Assembly: GCA_964563795.1 (NCBI GenBank)
Contig: CAZLYB010000013.1
Coordinates: 3,107 to 67,106 of the forward strand
From: an uncultured Bacteriovoracaceae bacterium
GTDB lineage: Bacteria > Bdellovibrionota > UBA1018
Reading direction: 5' to 3'
DNA: 64,000 bases
How positions within the stretch are numbered: position 1 is the stretch's first letter; the number at the start of each line of letters is the position of its first letter. Below are positions 46,162-54,695 of this stretch, one piece after another. Made by a program: the position numbers and the translations under genes. The notes beneath the pieces were generated by a model that was not told the DNA's origin, did not search any database, and saw only the letters and a list, made by a program, of their open reading frames with translations.

Positions 46162-46469
46162 CGCCCCCCCGTCCGGGTCGGACTGATGAACATGCGAAAA
46201 TTGCCGCTTCCCGCCTGAGGTCTCGCGCGCGGATGATACTGGACGTCCTGGCCGCCCTCTTCCTCATACCCCACCGCCTTCGGATGCCCGTATTGGTAAG
46301 TACGCGCGAAATCGCTCGAGATGGGCTTCATGAGGCGGGCCTCGATATTCATCTTCCTGAGGCTCGCGGCGATCATCGCGAAGAAGCCAGCGATGATCGC
46401 AATGAGCAGGATGTACTCGGTGATCGCCTGCCCGCTTTGATTTTTTACGGCCAAATCCATTTTTCCCAC
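46158..46469 (-). CDS. Pilin-like protein (Flp/TadE-like N-terminus)
   Basis: NQSGQAITEYILLIAIIAGFFAMIA carries the Flp-type G/xxxxEY cleavage motif. At 103 aa it is longer than a typical Flp pilin. Confidence 0.45.
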   Translation of the reverse strand: MGKMDLAVKNQSGQAITEYILLIAIIAGFFAMIAASLRKMNIEARLMKPISSDFARTYQYGHPKAVGYEEEGGQDVQYHPRARPQAGSGNFRMFISPTRTGGR

Positions 46470-47014
46470 CCTAAATGCCCGAATCCTTCCTTGAGCGGAT
46501 GCACGCCCCCCGCAACGAGCAGCGCCGCCGCCCCGATCGCGATTCCAAGGGGTATCTTTAGGGATCGATCAAATTGAAAATTTACTAAAGGGGGCAGGCG
46601 CCATAGGACAGCCTGCATGAGGGCGCGGCATTTAATAAGAAACTGCGAAGCTCTCCCTCGCCAAATCAATGACAGGGCGGCGAGCGCTCCCCCGAACAAA
46701 ACCCCCATCACCGCCACTTCAGCACAGTAAAGAGGACCACCCCACGCTCCGAACGCCATGAGCAGTTTCACGTCGCCCGCTCCCAAGTGCCGGAGGGCGT
46801 AAATCCACCCATACAGAAGAAAACCCGCCAAGATTCCCAATGCTGAAAATCCGGCGCCGCTCCATCCTCCCTGCCCCCAATGGAACAAAAGACCGAGCAT
46901 GAGCGAAGGAATCGTCAACGCATTGACGATTTTACCCCAAAGAAGATCGGTGATCGCGGCGAGAACCGCAGTGAGAATGAGGAAGTAAAACGGGATTTCA
47001 ACTGTCCCAGACAT
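46445..47014 (-). CDS. tadV: Prepilin peptidase (TadV/CpaA, A24 family)
   Basis: Polytopic, with the catalytic LGAGDVKLL motif. The start is placed at MSGTVEIPFYF. Confidence 0.7.
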   Translation of the reverse strand: MSGTVEIPFYFLILTAVLAAITDLLWGKIVNALTIPSLMLGLLFHWGQGGWSGAGFSALGILAGFLLYGWIYALRHLGAGDVKLLMAFGAWGGPLYCAEVAVMGVLFGGALAALSLIWRGRASQFLIKCRALMQAVLWRLPPLVNFQFDRSLKIPLGIAIGAAALLVAGGVHPLKEGFGHLGWEKWIWP

Positions 47015-47222
47015 AGAGCGGCGCTCGTCCGGTTTTGAGGTCCTTTTCAAGCTGGCCCCCGAGCTTCAGCATGCCTTGGTCCAGCGTCTTGATGATCGTT
47101 CGGGAGATGGCGACCGCGCTGACGACCACGGCCGAGAGGATCAATAGATATTCAACGGTGCCCTGACCGTCTTCTTCCAACCAGAATTCACGCCAGAATG
47201 AGCGAGCCGATTCCTTCAGCAA
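46998..47222 (-). CDS. flp: Flp-family pilin
   Basis: The leader is followed by GQGTVEYLLILSAVVVSAVAI (Flp motif). Confidence 0.75.
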   Translation of the reverse strand: MLKESARSFWREFWLEEDGQGTVEYLLILSAVVVSAVAISRTIIKTLDQGMLKLGGQLEKDLKTGRAPLYVWDS

Positions 47223-47236
47223 GATGCTCCCTCGTT

Positions 47237-47470
47237 TTATTGATCCAACGGATTCGTGGCATCAATCATATTTTTTTCGGTTCGATCGAGGATCGTGCTC
47301 AGGGAAGAGCCGAATTTCGCGCGGAACTTCAGCGCGACCATCACGACGATGGCCAAAATCAAGATGTACTCGGTCGTCGTCTGGCCTTCTTCATCAGACC
47401 AAAACGCGGAGAGTCGCTTTTTCCATGCTGCGAGCGCCATAGATACCCCTGAATTCATGCCTCTACCCAA
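47237..47470 (-). CDS. flp: Flp-family pilin (second copy)
   Basis: EEGQTTTEYILILAIVVMVAL carries the Flp motif. It lies 14 nt upstream of the first copy and is preceded by an AT-rich 76-nt intergenic region. Confidence 0.75.
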   Translation of the reverse strand: MGRGMNSGVSMALAAWKKRLSAFWSDEEGQTTTEYILILAIVVMVALKFRAKFGSSLSTILDRTEKNMIDATNPLDQ

Positions 47471-47546
47471 GTATCGGAACCCAAGCCGAAAAACATGATT
47501 TCTTCCTTCATTATATTATATTTATTTTATATAAATAAATCCAACT

Positions 47547-48284
47547 TCAGAAAAAGATCAATGTTGCCCAGAGGTTATCCTCGCGGCCTTGCTCGCCCTG
47601 GAGCTCATTCAAAGCCTCCAAAGCCGCTCCTCGCCCCATGAAGAATGCTTCCCAAAGCTTCTGACGCTCCCCCTCCAAAAGCCCGTCCGTGTGGAGGAAC
47701 AACCCATCCCCGGAATGGATCCGGCACTCCAGGATCTCGGGCTCCAAATCTTCATTGAGGCCCAGGGCCGCCAAAGGGACGCCCTCCTCGCACAGCGTCG
47801 CTTCTTTCTTGAAGGGATCGAGTAATCGCCCATAGCTTCTGGGCGTCGTCAGCTCCGCCATCCCGCTCTGCCTGAAAATCCAAGCCTGGCAGGAGCCGAT
47901 GGAACCCAGGGAGAGCTGATCCCCGTCCAAGAAGCCCGCCACCAAGGATGCGCCCGCCTTTTCATGAACGCTTCGATTCCTGTTCTTCGACAGAAGCTTG
48001 CGGTTGGAGTGAACAAGCGCGTTGAAAAGCACGTTCCCTGCGAGTGAATAATAATGGCGAATCACGAAAGGCAGCGTCGCCTCGCGATCCCCTACCTCCT
48101 TCACAAGAAACGCCTGCACCGCCTCGCACGCCAGCTTGGAAGCGGCCGATCCCGCAGATGGGCCTCCGAATCCATCAGCCACCGCGAAAACTCCTCTTTC
48201 GGCCGAAGCCCATCCGAAATCCTCCTGAGCGGGCCTCTGGCCAACCGCCGAGCAATGGGCGATCTCGGAAATCAATCGGCTCAT
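47547..48284 (-). CDS. PP2C-family Ser/Thr protein phosphatase
   Basis: The motifs QRPAQEDFGW, VADGFGG and LHTDGL follow PP2C metal-binding motifs 1, 2 and 8. Confidence 0.7.
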   Translation of the reverse strand: MSRLISEIAHCSAVGQRPAQEDFGWASAERGVFAVADGFGGPSAGSAASKLACEAVQAFLVKEVGDREATLPFVIRHYYSLAGNVLFNALVHSNRKLLSKNRNRSVHEKAGASLVAGFLDGDQLSLGSIGSCQAWIFRQSGMAELTTPRSYGRLLDPFKKEATLCEEGVPLAALGLNEDLEPEILECRIHSGDGLFLHTDGLLEGERQKLWEAFFMGRGAALEALNELQGEQGREDNLWATLIFF

Positions 48285-50665
48285 TCCGCCTCCCCTTCTT
48301 CAATGACGGCGCTCGCGGGATAGCGCGAGAGCTTGCGCGAGGCGCGCTCATGATAAAGGTCATCCTTGGGGACGAGCGCCAGGATCTCCTTGTATTTTTT
48401 CTGAGCCGTCGAGAAATCACTGTAGCTCTCCGCCAGGACCGCCTCCGTGTAAACCCCCTTGGCCCTCTCATGAAGCGCAGAACGGGTTCGCTCCACGCCC
48501 TGTTGGCTCGCCGAGAAGGAGGGATCGATGATGCTGGCCCGCTGATACAGCTGATAGGCTTGCGGGATGTTTCCCGAGTCCTCATTCTGTTTCGCGGCTT
48601 GCACGATCGGATCCCGCTTGGACTGGATCGCCTGCAAGGAGGCTTGAATCAACGCCTTGGAATGCCTCAGTAGCTTCGCGTCGCTTGCGCCGATTTCCTT
48701 AATTTTATAAAATCTCGAAATCGCGTCGCGGTATCTGCCCCGCCGCCTCAAGCTGAGGCCTTCCTTCAGCAAGGCCCACCCCTTTGCGTTGATTTCTCTT
48801 TGGACTTCCCGCTCTTGCTCGAGCAGTCTTCGCTTGGTCTCATCCGCTTCGATTTCTTGCCGCCATTGAGCGACCAAGGCGTTCTCCGGATCAAGCGCCA
48901 GGATCTGGCCGAAAATCTCCTTGGCGATGTCGTACTGCCGCTTGGACATCTTCAATGAGGCTTCTTCGGTTAATTGCCCCACTTTGACTTTGATGCGCTC
49001 TTCCTCTTCCTTCTTTCGAGCCTCTTCAAGCTGAGCCTCCCTTTTTTGACGGCCTTCCTGGGCGTATCGCTCGATCTCGCGGGAGTCCTTGTAGTCGGGG
49101 ACGAGCTTGAAAATTTTCTCGATCTCATAGAGGGCTCGGTCGAAATCACCGGCCTTGTAATATTCAAACGCCCGATCATGCTGCTCCTGGACGAATTTTT
49201 TTTGCTCTGCGGTCAGCGACTCAAAGGTCGCTTGCTTCGCGGCATCAGCCGCGTTCTCGGCGGACGGCTTCTTTTGAGGCGCATCGATGACATCCTCATC
49301 CCCCGGTCCGAAATACCAGATGAAGGCGCAAGTCAGGGCGATCACCAGATATTGCTTCGGCTTGGAAAGATTCCTGAATTTTTCGATCAATCCCTTGGGT
49401 TTTGCCTGCTCTTGCGGGGCTCCCACTCCGGTGATCCCTGCGATCGAAGAATCACCGACCGCCGCTGAAGAAAAAGGCAGCGCGGACGGCGGCGGCATCA
49501 TCGGCGAATGGTACGCGGCATTGAAATTCTCAAAAGCCGAATCCGCCTGGATTTCCTCCTCCTGAGGCAAAGAGACGAGCGCCGCCTCCTGCTTGAGGTA
49601 ATCCTTGCTATGGGCCTGGAATTCAAACTCGACGTTTCCAATTCGGATGCGGTCGCCGGCCGAGAGCTCCTGCTCCTGAATTTTGACTTGATTCACGTAG
49701 GTTCCGTTGGAGGAACCAAGATCCTTGATCAAAAACCGGTGCTGATTCCTGAGGATGACCGTATTTTTTCGGGAAGCCTTTTTATCGTTCAATACGATAT
49801 CGCACGTCTTCCCACGCCCCAGGCTCACTTCATCCTTGATGATTTCATACTCAGTGACGTTCGCGGTGCCTGGGTCAAAAAGCAGCTTCGAATCGACTCT
49901 CGCCACTGAGACGACTTGGGTATGCTCGCCCGTGGGGGCATCCAGAGCTGGAACTTCAGGCGCCTCCAAATCAATCCCCGTTCCCTCCTCGTGCGCGTCG
50001 GCGGAAGCCTCGGCGAGGAGCGGGGGATCCTCAAGCGTGAGACCCGGGACTTCATTCGTCTTTGAATCTTCTTGGGAATCTTCTTGGGAATCTTCTTGGG
50101 AATTTTCGGGAGAAGCCGTGATCTCCTCCTGAACAGGGGCGTTCTCCAGAGGCGCGGGGGAGTCCTCAAAAAAGGCCACCGGCTGCGTCGCTTCGGGATC
50201 TTCGGATTTCAGCGGTCCTGATTCAAACGGCAACGGCTCGCTGGGCGTCTCCAGCGGGGCTTCGGCGGCGACTTCCTGAAAAGGCGAAGTGATCTCGCCG
50301 GAATCCGGATGATCCGTCGCGGGAGCAGCTGATTCAACGGCGGATTCCGGCGCCGGCTCGGAGAACGGGGAGGCTTCGAGCGAAAGCCTCGCCAAATAGG
50401 GGCCGATCGCGATGACATCGCCTGACTTCAAAATGGCCTTCGTGCACTCCTGCCCATTGATGGTCAGAGGCGCGAATTCGCTCTGGCGCTCCACTTGAAT
50501 TCCGCCAGTGACGCGGCTAAAGCGGGCGTGTTCCCGCGAGATCGCGCGATCATCCAGCCGGATCACGCAGCCTTCGGCCCTGCCCACCAGGACATCGCCT
50601 TCAATCGGCACGCTCTTGATCTGCTCGCCATCCTTTAAGATGGTCAGAATCGCGGCCGCGCCCAT
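48281..50665 (-). CDS. Membrane-anchored protein with two FHA domains, an acidic repeat linker and a C-terminal TPR/coiled-coil region
   Basis: FHA-1 at the N-terminus (…VGRAEGCVIRLDDRAISREHARF…). FHA-2 lies around residues 260-340 (GRGKTCDIVLNDKKASRKNTVI…LGSSNGTYVN). One TM segment (LVIALTCAFIWYF) is followed by TPR-like repeats. Confidence 0.7.
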   Translation of the reverse strand: MGAAAILTILKDGEQIKSVPIEGDVLVGRAEGCVIRLDDRAISREHARFSRVTGGIQVERQSEFAPLTINGQECTKAILKSGDVIAIGPYLARLSLEASPFSEPAPESAVESAAPATDHPDSGEITSPFQEVAAEAPLETPSEPLPFESGPLKSEDPEATQPVAFFEDSPAPLENAPVQEEITASPENSQEDSQEDSQEDSKTNEVPGLTLEDPPLLAEASADAHEEGTGIDLEAPEVPALDAPTGEHTQVVSVARVDSKLLFDPGTANVTEYEIIKDEVSLGRGKTCDIVLNDKKASRKNTVILRNQHRFLIKDLGSSNGTYVNQVKIQEQELSAGDRIRIGNVEFEFQAHSKDYLKQEAALVSLPQEEEIQADSAFENFNAAYHSPMMPPPSALPFSSAAVGDSSIAGITGVGAPQEQAKPKGLIEKFRNLSKPKQYLVIALTCAFIWYFGPGDEDVIDAPQKKPSAENAADAAKQATFESLTAEQKKFVQEQHDRAFEYYKAGDFDRALYEIEKIFKLVPDYKDSREIERYAQEGRQKREAQLEEARKKEEEERIKVKVGQLTEEASLKMSKRQYDIAKEIFGQILALDPENALVAQWRQEIEADETKRRLLEQEREVQREINAKGWALLKEGLSLRRRGRYRDAISRFYKIKEIGASDAKLLRHSKALIQASLQAIQSKRDPIVQAAKQNEDSGNIPQAYQLYQRASIIDPSFSASQQGVERTRSALHERAKGVYTEAVLAESYSDFSTAQKKYKEILALVPKDDLYHERASRKLSRYPASAVIEEGEAE
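50064..50107. repeat. 12-bp tandem repeat (GAATCTTCTTGG x3 plus a partial copy) encoding SQEDSQEDSQED
   Basis: Seen directly. It is in frame within the FHA protein's acidic linker. Confidence 0.7.
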
Positions 50666-51648
50666 CAGCCCGTCCCTTCAGGCGCTTGCATCAGCTCCAC
50701 CGTTTTTTGAAGCTGGTCCTTCGCCTCACGAAAAGGAGTGCTCTCGGGTTCGCGGTAAAGCAGCCTCATCACCGCCTCGTAGTGGCCTTTCGCTTCTTTC
50801 AATTTGCCGCTTTGGAGGCCTTTTTTCCCGCGCTCGAGGTGGAACTTCACTTCGTCCTCGATCATCTTATTGCAGTTTTGAAGATACAAAGTGGCGAGCC
50901 GGTGGCCCGGGGCAACTTGAAGAACCGTTTCAAACTGAGTCTTGGCCCGCAGATAATTTTTTTCCCGAAACTCGCGAAACCCCCCTTTGAAGAACATTTC
51001 AGCGGAACGAGTGGCTTCTGGCGTGGCCACGCTTGGGGGCAAGAAAGAGGCTAAATCCCGGATTGGCGGATTTTCCGGCCGGGAACGCGATTTTTTGGGC
51101 CCTCCCGGGGAGAGGACAAAGTAAAAAACCAAGGCGACTGCGGCCAGACCGCCTAATTTGAAAAGCCGGGAGCGTGAACCCGATGCCCCCGAGTTTTTTC
51201 CCAAGGACTGGACGTGTTTTCGAGCGGTCTCCAGCTGAGCATGCCCCAAAAGAATTTTCGAGACTTCCCTGGAGGGGGCGGTCAAAAGGCTGGTCGCGGA
51301 TTGGTTTGAAACGAGGAATTCGAGCACCGTTTCGCCCAAATGGATCGTATCGCCCAGGTTGAGGACCGCTTCCCGGGCGGATTTCCCATTATGCAAAATT
51401 CCATTCGCGCTCCCCGCATCGCGCACCGACCAGCTTCCCTGAGCCGTTGAAATGAGCTCGGCGTGCTGCCGCGAAGCTTTCAAATCCAAAAGGACGACGT
51501 CATTTTCTTCCCCGCGGCCAATGGTCGCGCGTGGAGACGTCAGGACATAGAGCGCGCCCTGGTCGGGACCTTGGGCGACCTTCAAGCGCGCAAGTTCCCC
51601 GTTTTGCCGAGGAACCTGAGCCGTCCTGAATTTCAAGGCCCCCTTCAT
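50665..51648 (-). CDS. FHA-domain membrane protein with C-terminal TPR repeats
   Basis: FHA segment …ATIGRGEENDVVLLDLKASRQHAEL…GSANGILHNG… and a TM segment LGGLAAVALVFYFVL, followed by TPR-like repeats. The start is placed at MKGALKF (51648), 2 nt after the upstream stop. Confidence 0.65.
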   Translation of the reverse strand: MKGALKFRTAQVPRQNGELARLKVAQGPDQGALYVLTSPRATIGRGEENDVVLLDLKASRQHAELISTAQGSWSVRDAGSANGILHNGKSAREAVLNLGDTIHLGETVLEFLVSNQSATSLLTAPSREVSKILLGHAQLETARKHVQSLGKNSGASGSRSRLFKLGGLAAVALVFYFVLSPGGPKKSRSRPENPPIRDLASFLPPSVATPEATRSAEMFFKGGFREFREKNYLRAKTQFETVLQVAPGHRLATLYLQNCNKMIEDEVKFHLERGKKGLQSGKLKEAKGHYEAVMRLLYREPESTPFREAKDQLQKTVELMQAPEGTG

Positions 51649-51650
51649 CT

Positions 51651-53285
51651 TCAACTCATTTCCGTCCGTTTGGAGGCGGCAAGCAAGTACGCCCTCGCGG
51701 CCCCGCCCCACGGCCCGAAAGCGGCGCAGGACACTCGATAGCTCACCCCGGAAAACTCATAATCCTCGCCAATCGGATCCCCTCCCACCGAGGCGCGCTC
51801 GAAAAGATCTTTCACGAATGAAGCGAACGCCTGGTCACGGGCCACGGAAGAAAGCTCCTGTCCCACCGCTTCATCCGCCCGGATCCCGCTGATCTCCTCC
51901 ATCACTGAATTGGAGTAAAAAACCTTCCTCTCCCCGTCGCAGATCACGAGCGCGAAAAGACCGAGCTCGCCGAGCATTTTTGCGGGCGCAACGATCTCTT
52001 CCAGTGAAGGCTCAGAGTTTCCCGCCGCTGAGCTCAGCTCTCCTGAACCGTTTGAGCGGGGAATCCTTTGAAGGGCGGAATTCACTCGATCGTAAATCGC
52101 GTTCATCTCCTCAAACCGGAACTCCCGCGTCACTTGAGTCAGATCGCCCTTGAGGGCTTTGTCGAGGTCTTCACCCAGCACCGTCATGGGTTTGAGGGTG
52201 AGGCGGTACAAAATCAGCAAAAGCAAGGCCGCAAACAATCCCACCACGATGAATGTCTCGGAGTAAGCGAGCCCCACTTCGCCCATCGAGGGAACGCTCA
52301 AAGCGCTGTCGATCGACACCACGGCCATCGCCACGACGACGTTGCTTCCCGTGATCGCGCTCAGCACTTTGACGGGCTCGATGGCGACGACGGTGTCGGA
52401 ACCCGCGATTTTCACGATGCCGGTTTCACGCCCTGAGCGGAAAAGCTCCCGCGCCTTCACGGCCTCAACCGCCTCGACTCCGGAGGTGAGGTACTGATTG
52501 AACTTCGAGCCCGGCGCCAAGATCCTGTTCTCGAGGTCAACCAAGAGCGACATCCGCACGCCTTCGCCGTAGCCCACACTCCCGATTTCCGTTTTGGTCT
52601 CCATTTGAGCCGACAAGGCCTGCGTGTTGCGTTCAGCGATCTGCTTCGCCATGGCGCGGGCGCGCTTCCCTACTTCACGCAAGATCGCATCTTGATTCGA
52701 CTGAACGAGCGGGTAAACCGAGACGAATAAATTCAGCAAGACGAATATTCCGAAAATCGCGCCCACTAAAAATCGCCATTCTGTCTTGAAATTGAGCTGG
52801 TAAAAAAATGGCATGAATTTTCGGTCAAAAAACCACGTCAGCCGCCCCTTGAGATCTTTGGGGACTTCCTCAGCAGCCGGGACCTCGGACAAAGGCAAGG
52901 AAGACTCCCCTCCGGTCGCAAGAAGCGCGGAGGGATGCTGAATGACCGGAGCGAGGGGAAGCCCCGCCTGAAACCCCTGATTCGAGAAGTTCGGGGCGGA
53001 CGGTCGCACCAGCTGAAGCACGTACTCGCCGACGCTGATACGGTCGCCCGCTTGAATCGGCTTTTTGCGGGTCAACGCGCCGTTGATGAAGGTTCCATTC
53101 GAGCTGTTTTGATCTTGAATCTCGATTTCATCGCCGTTTACGACCAGGACGCAGTGGCGCTTGGAAACTTTAGCGGACGGAAGGACCACGACGTTGTCTG
53201 AGGCCCTGCCGATGGAATTCTCACCCTCGCTGATTTCCCAGCTCGTGCCGCGCTTCGGTCCGGAGATGACTCTTAGTTTATACAC
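51651..53285 (-). CDS. FHA-domain membrane protein with a large extracytoplasmic domain
   Basis: N-terminal FHA segment (GRASDNVVVLPSAKVSKRHCVL…SSNGTFING), a TM segment FLVGAIFGIFVLLNLFV, and a roughly 330-aa C-terminal domain. Confidence 0.65.
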   Translation of the reverse strand: MYKLRVISGPKRGTSWEISEGENSIGRASDNVVVLPSAKVSKRHCVLVVNGDEIEIQDQNSSNGTFINGALTRKKPIQAGDRISVGEYVLQLVRPSAPNFSNQGFQAGLPLAPVIQHPSALLATGGESSLPLSEVPAAEEVPKDLKGRLTWFFDRKFMPFFYQLNFKTEWRFLVGAIFGIFVLLNLFVSVYPLVQSNQDAILREVGKRARAMAKQIAERNTQALSAQMETKTEIGSVGYGEGVRMSLLVDLENRILAPGSKFNQYLTSGVEAVEAVKARELFRSGRETGIVKIAGSDTVVAIEPVKVLSAITGSNVVVAMAVVSIDSALSVPSMGEVGLAYSETFIVVGLFAALLLLILYRLTLKPMTVLGEDLDKALKGDLTQVTREFRFEEMNAIYDRVNSALQRIPRSNGSGELSSAAGNSEPSLEEIVAPAKMLGELGLFALVICDGERKVFYSNSVMEEISGIRADEAVGQELSSVARDQAFASFVKDLFERASVGGDPIGEDYEFSGVSYRVSCAAFGPWGGAARAYLLAASKRTEMS

Positions 53286-53650
53286 AGCTCATCCCCATCC
53301 CGGATCGAGCACCGCTCGAGAGTACCCACCGGGAGCTCGAAAGTATCCGTCGCTTTGCGATCGCGAAGCGGGAGAACTTTCCAAGGGCGCACGTCGGAAT
53401 GCGCGGAAGTCACCACCCACTTCAGCGCGCCGGACGACGAACGTTCACGGCGTGCGAAAACGACGTCGATCGAGACGCTCATGAACCACATGTGAATGTC
53501 GTTGCAGCGAGGAAACCACATTCCCTCACCCTCCCTCAGGCTCGTTCTCCCGATCAGGCCTTTGAGCCGGTCGAAAAAACACTTTGCCACATGACACTTA
53601 TCGGCAATAACCAATTGATTTTTTAGGGAATACAGCTGGATGGTCTTCAT
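53273..53650 (-). CDS. DUF192-domain protein
   Basis: …GLIGRTSLREGEGMWFPRCNDIHMWFMSVSIDVVF… matches the DUF192/COG1430 core. The start is placed at MKTIQLY. Confidence 0.5.
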   Translation of the reverse strand: MKTIQLYSLKNQLVIADKCHVAKCFFDRLKGLIGRTSLREGEGMWFPRCNDIHMWFMSVSIDVVFARRERSSSGALKWVVTSAHSDVRPWKVLPLRDRKATDTFELPVGTLERCSIRDGDELCIN

Positions 53651-53682
53651 ACGGCCCATTCTCCCTTGAATTCCCAAGAAAA

Positions 53683-54600
53683 TCACTGGCCCGGAGAGAT
53701 CATGCTGAGCACAAAAGGCCCAAAAATCATCAACATGACGGCGGGCAGGATGAAAAGCACCAAGGGCAAAATGACCTTTTGGGACGCTGCGGCACCTGCT
53801 TTTTCTGCGCGGAGCATCCTTTGGCTCCGAATTTGATCGGATTGCTGACGCAGGATGCGGCCGATCGAGGCCCCCATCTGATCCGCAGAAATCAGGATCG
53901 CGATGAACGAATTGATCTCGGTCATCCCAATCCGGGTCCCCATTTCACGCAGCGCTTCCTGCCGGGAAGAACCCACCTTGATTTCCTTGAGGAGCTGGGC
54001 GAACTCGTCCACGAGGGGACTGGGATTGGCCTTTTCGACGACCTTCCCGATCGCCCCGATGAAATCAAGGCCCGCTTCCGTGGAAAGCGCCAAAAGATCG
54101 ACGATGAACGGCATGGACTTCAAGATTTGGCGCTGCCGCTTTTGAATCCGGGAGCGCATCCACAAGTCGGGATAGAACCAACCGAGGACCCCGGAGACCA
54201 AGATCAGAAACAGCGAGAGATCGAGGAACCCGCCCGCTTTGAGGATTCCCCCGATGATCGGGAAAAAAACAATATTAAATAATTTAAATGCAATAAAATC
54301 ATCGGGATCGAACTCCTCGCTGAGCCCGGCCGAGACGAGGCGGCGCTGGTAATAAGCGCGGAAGTAATCCCAGAAAGCCTTGCCTCGGACGATCGGCGAA
54401 ACGTACTGGGTGAAGAAAGGGCGTGTGTATTTGACGAGCGGGTTCGAGGCCTTGCGGTCACGTTGATCCCCCAGATTGTCCGCCGCGGCGCGGCTTTCGC
54501 CTTCTTTGAGGAACTCGCGCGCGACGATGTAGACCGCCACGGCGATCAAGCCATAGGCGAACCAGACGACGAATTGACCGCGTTCCAAGATCGCTGACAT
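53683..54600 (-). CDS. tadC: Tad/Flp pilus assembly inner-membrane protein TadC (T2SS-F domain)
   Basis: T2SS-F-domain pattern PFIVDLLALSTEAGLDFIGAIGKV…SSRQEALREMGTRIGMTEI…, with three TM helices. Confidence 0.7.
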   Translation of the reverse strand: MSAILERGQFVVWFAYGLIAVAVYIVAREFLKEGESRAAADNLGDQRDRKASNPLVKYTRPFFTQYVSPIVRGKAFWDYFRAYYQRRLVSAGLSEEFDPDDFIAFKLFNIVFFPIIGGILKAGGFLDLSLFLILVSGVLGWFYPDLWMRSRIQKRQRQILKSMPFIVDLLALSTEAGLDFIGAIGKVVEKANPSPLVDEFAQLLKEIKVGSSRQEALREMGTRIGMTEINSFIAILISADQMGASIGRILRQQSDQIRSQRMLRAEKAGAAASQKVILPLVLFILPAVMLMIFGPFVLSMISPGQ

Positions 54601-54695
54601 TTTTGAGATAGATCCTCTGCAGTCCTATCGGAAAAAAAGAGATCTACTTTTAATTCATGTTCAATTTACGGCGAGCTTCCATTAGAATTAAAATC

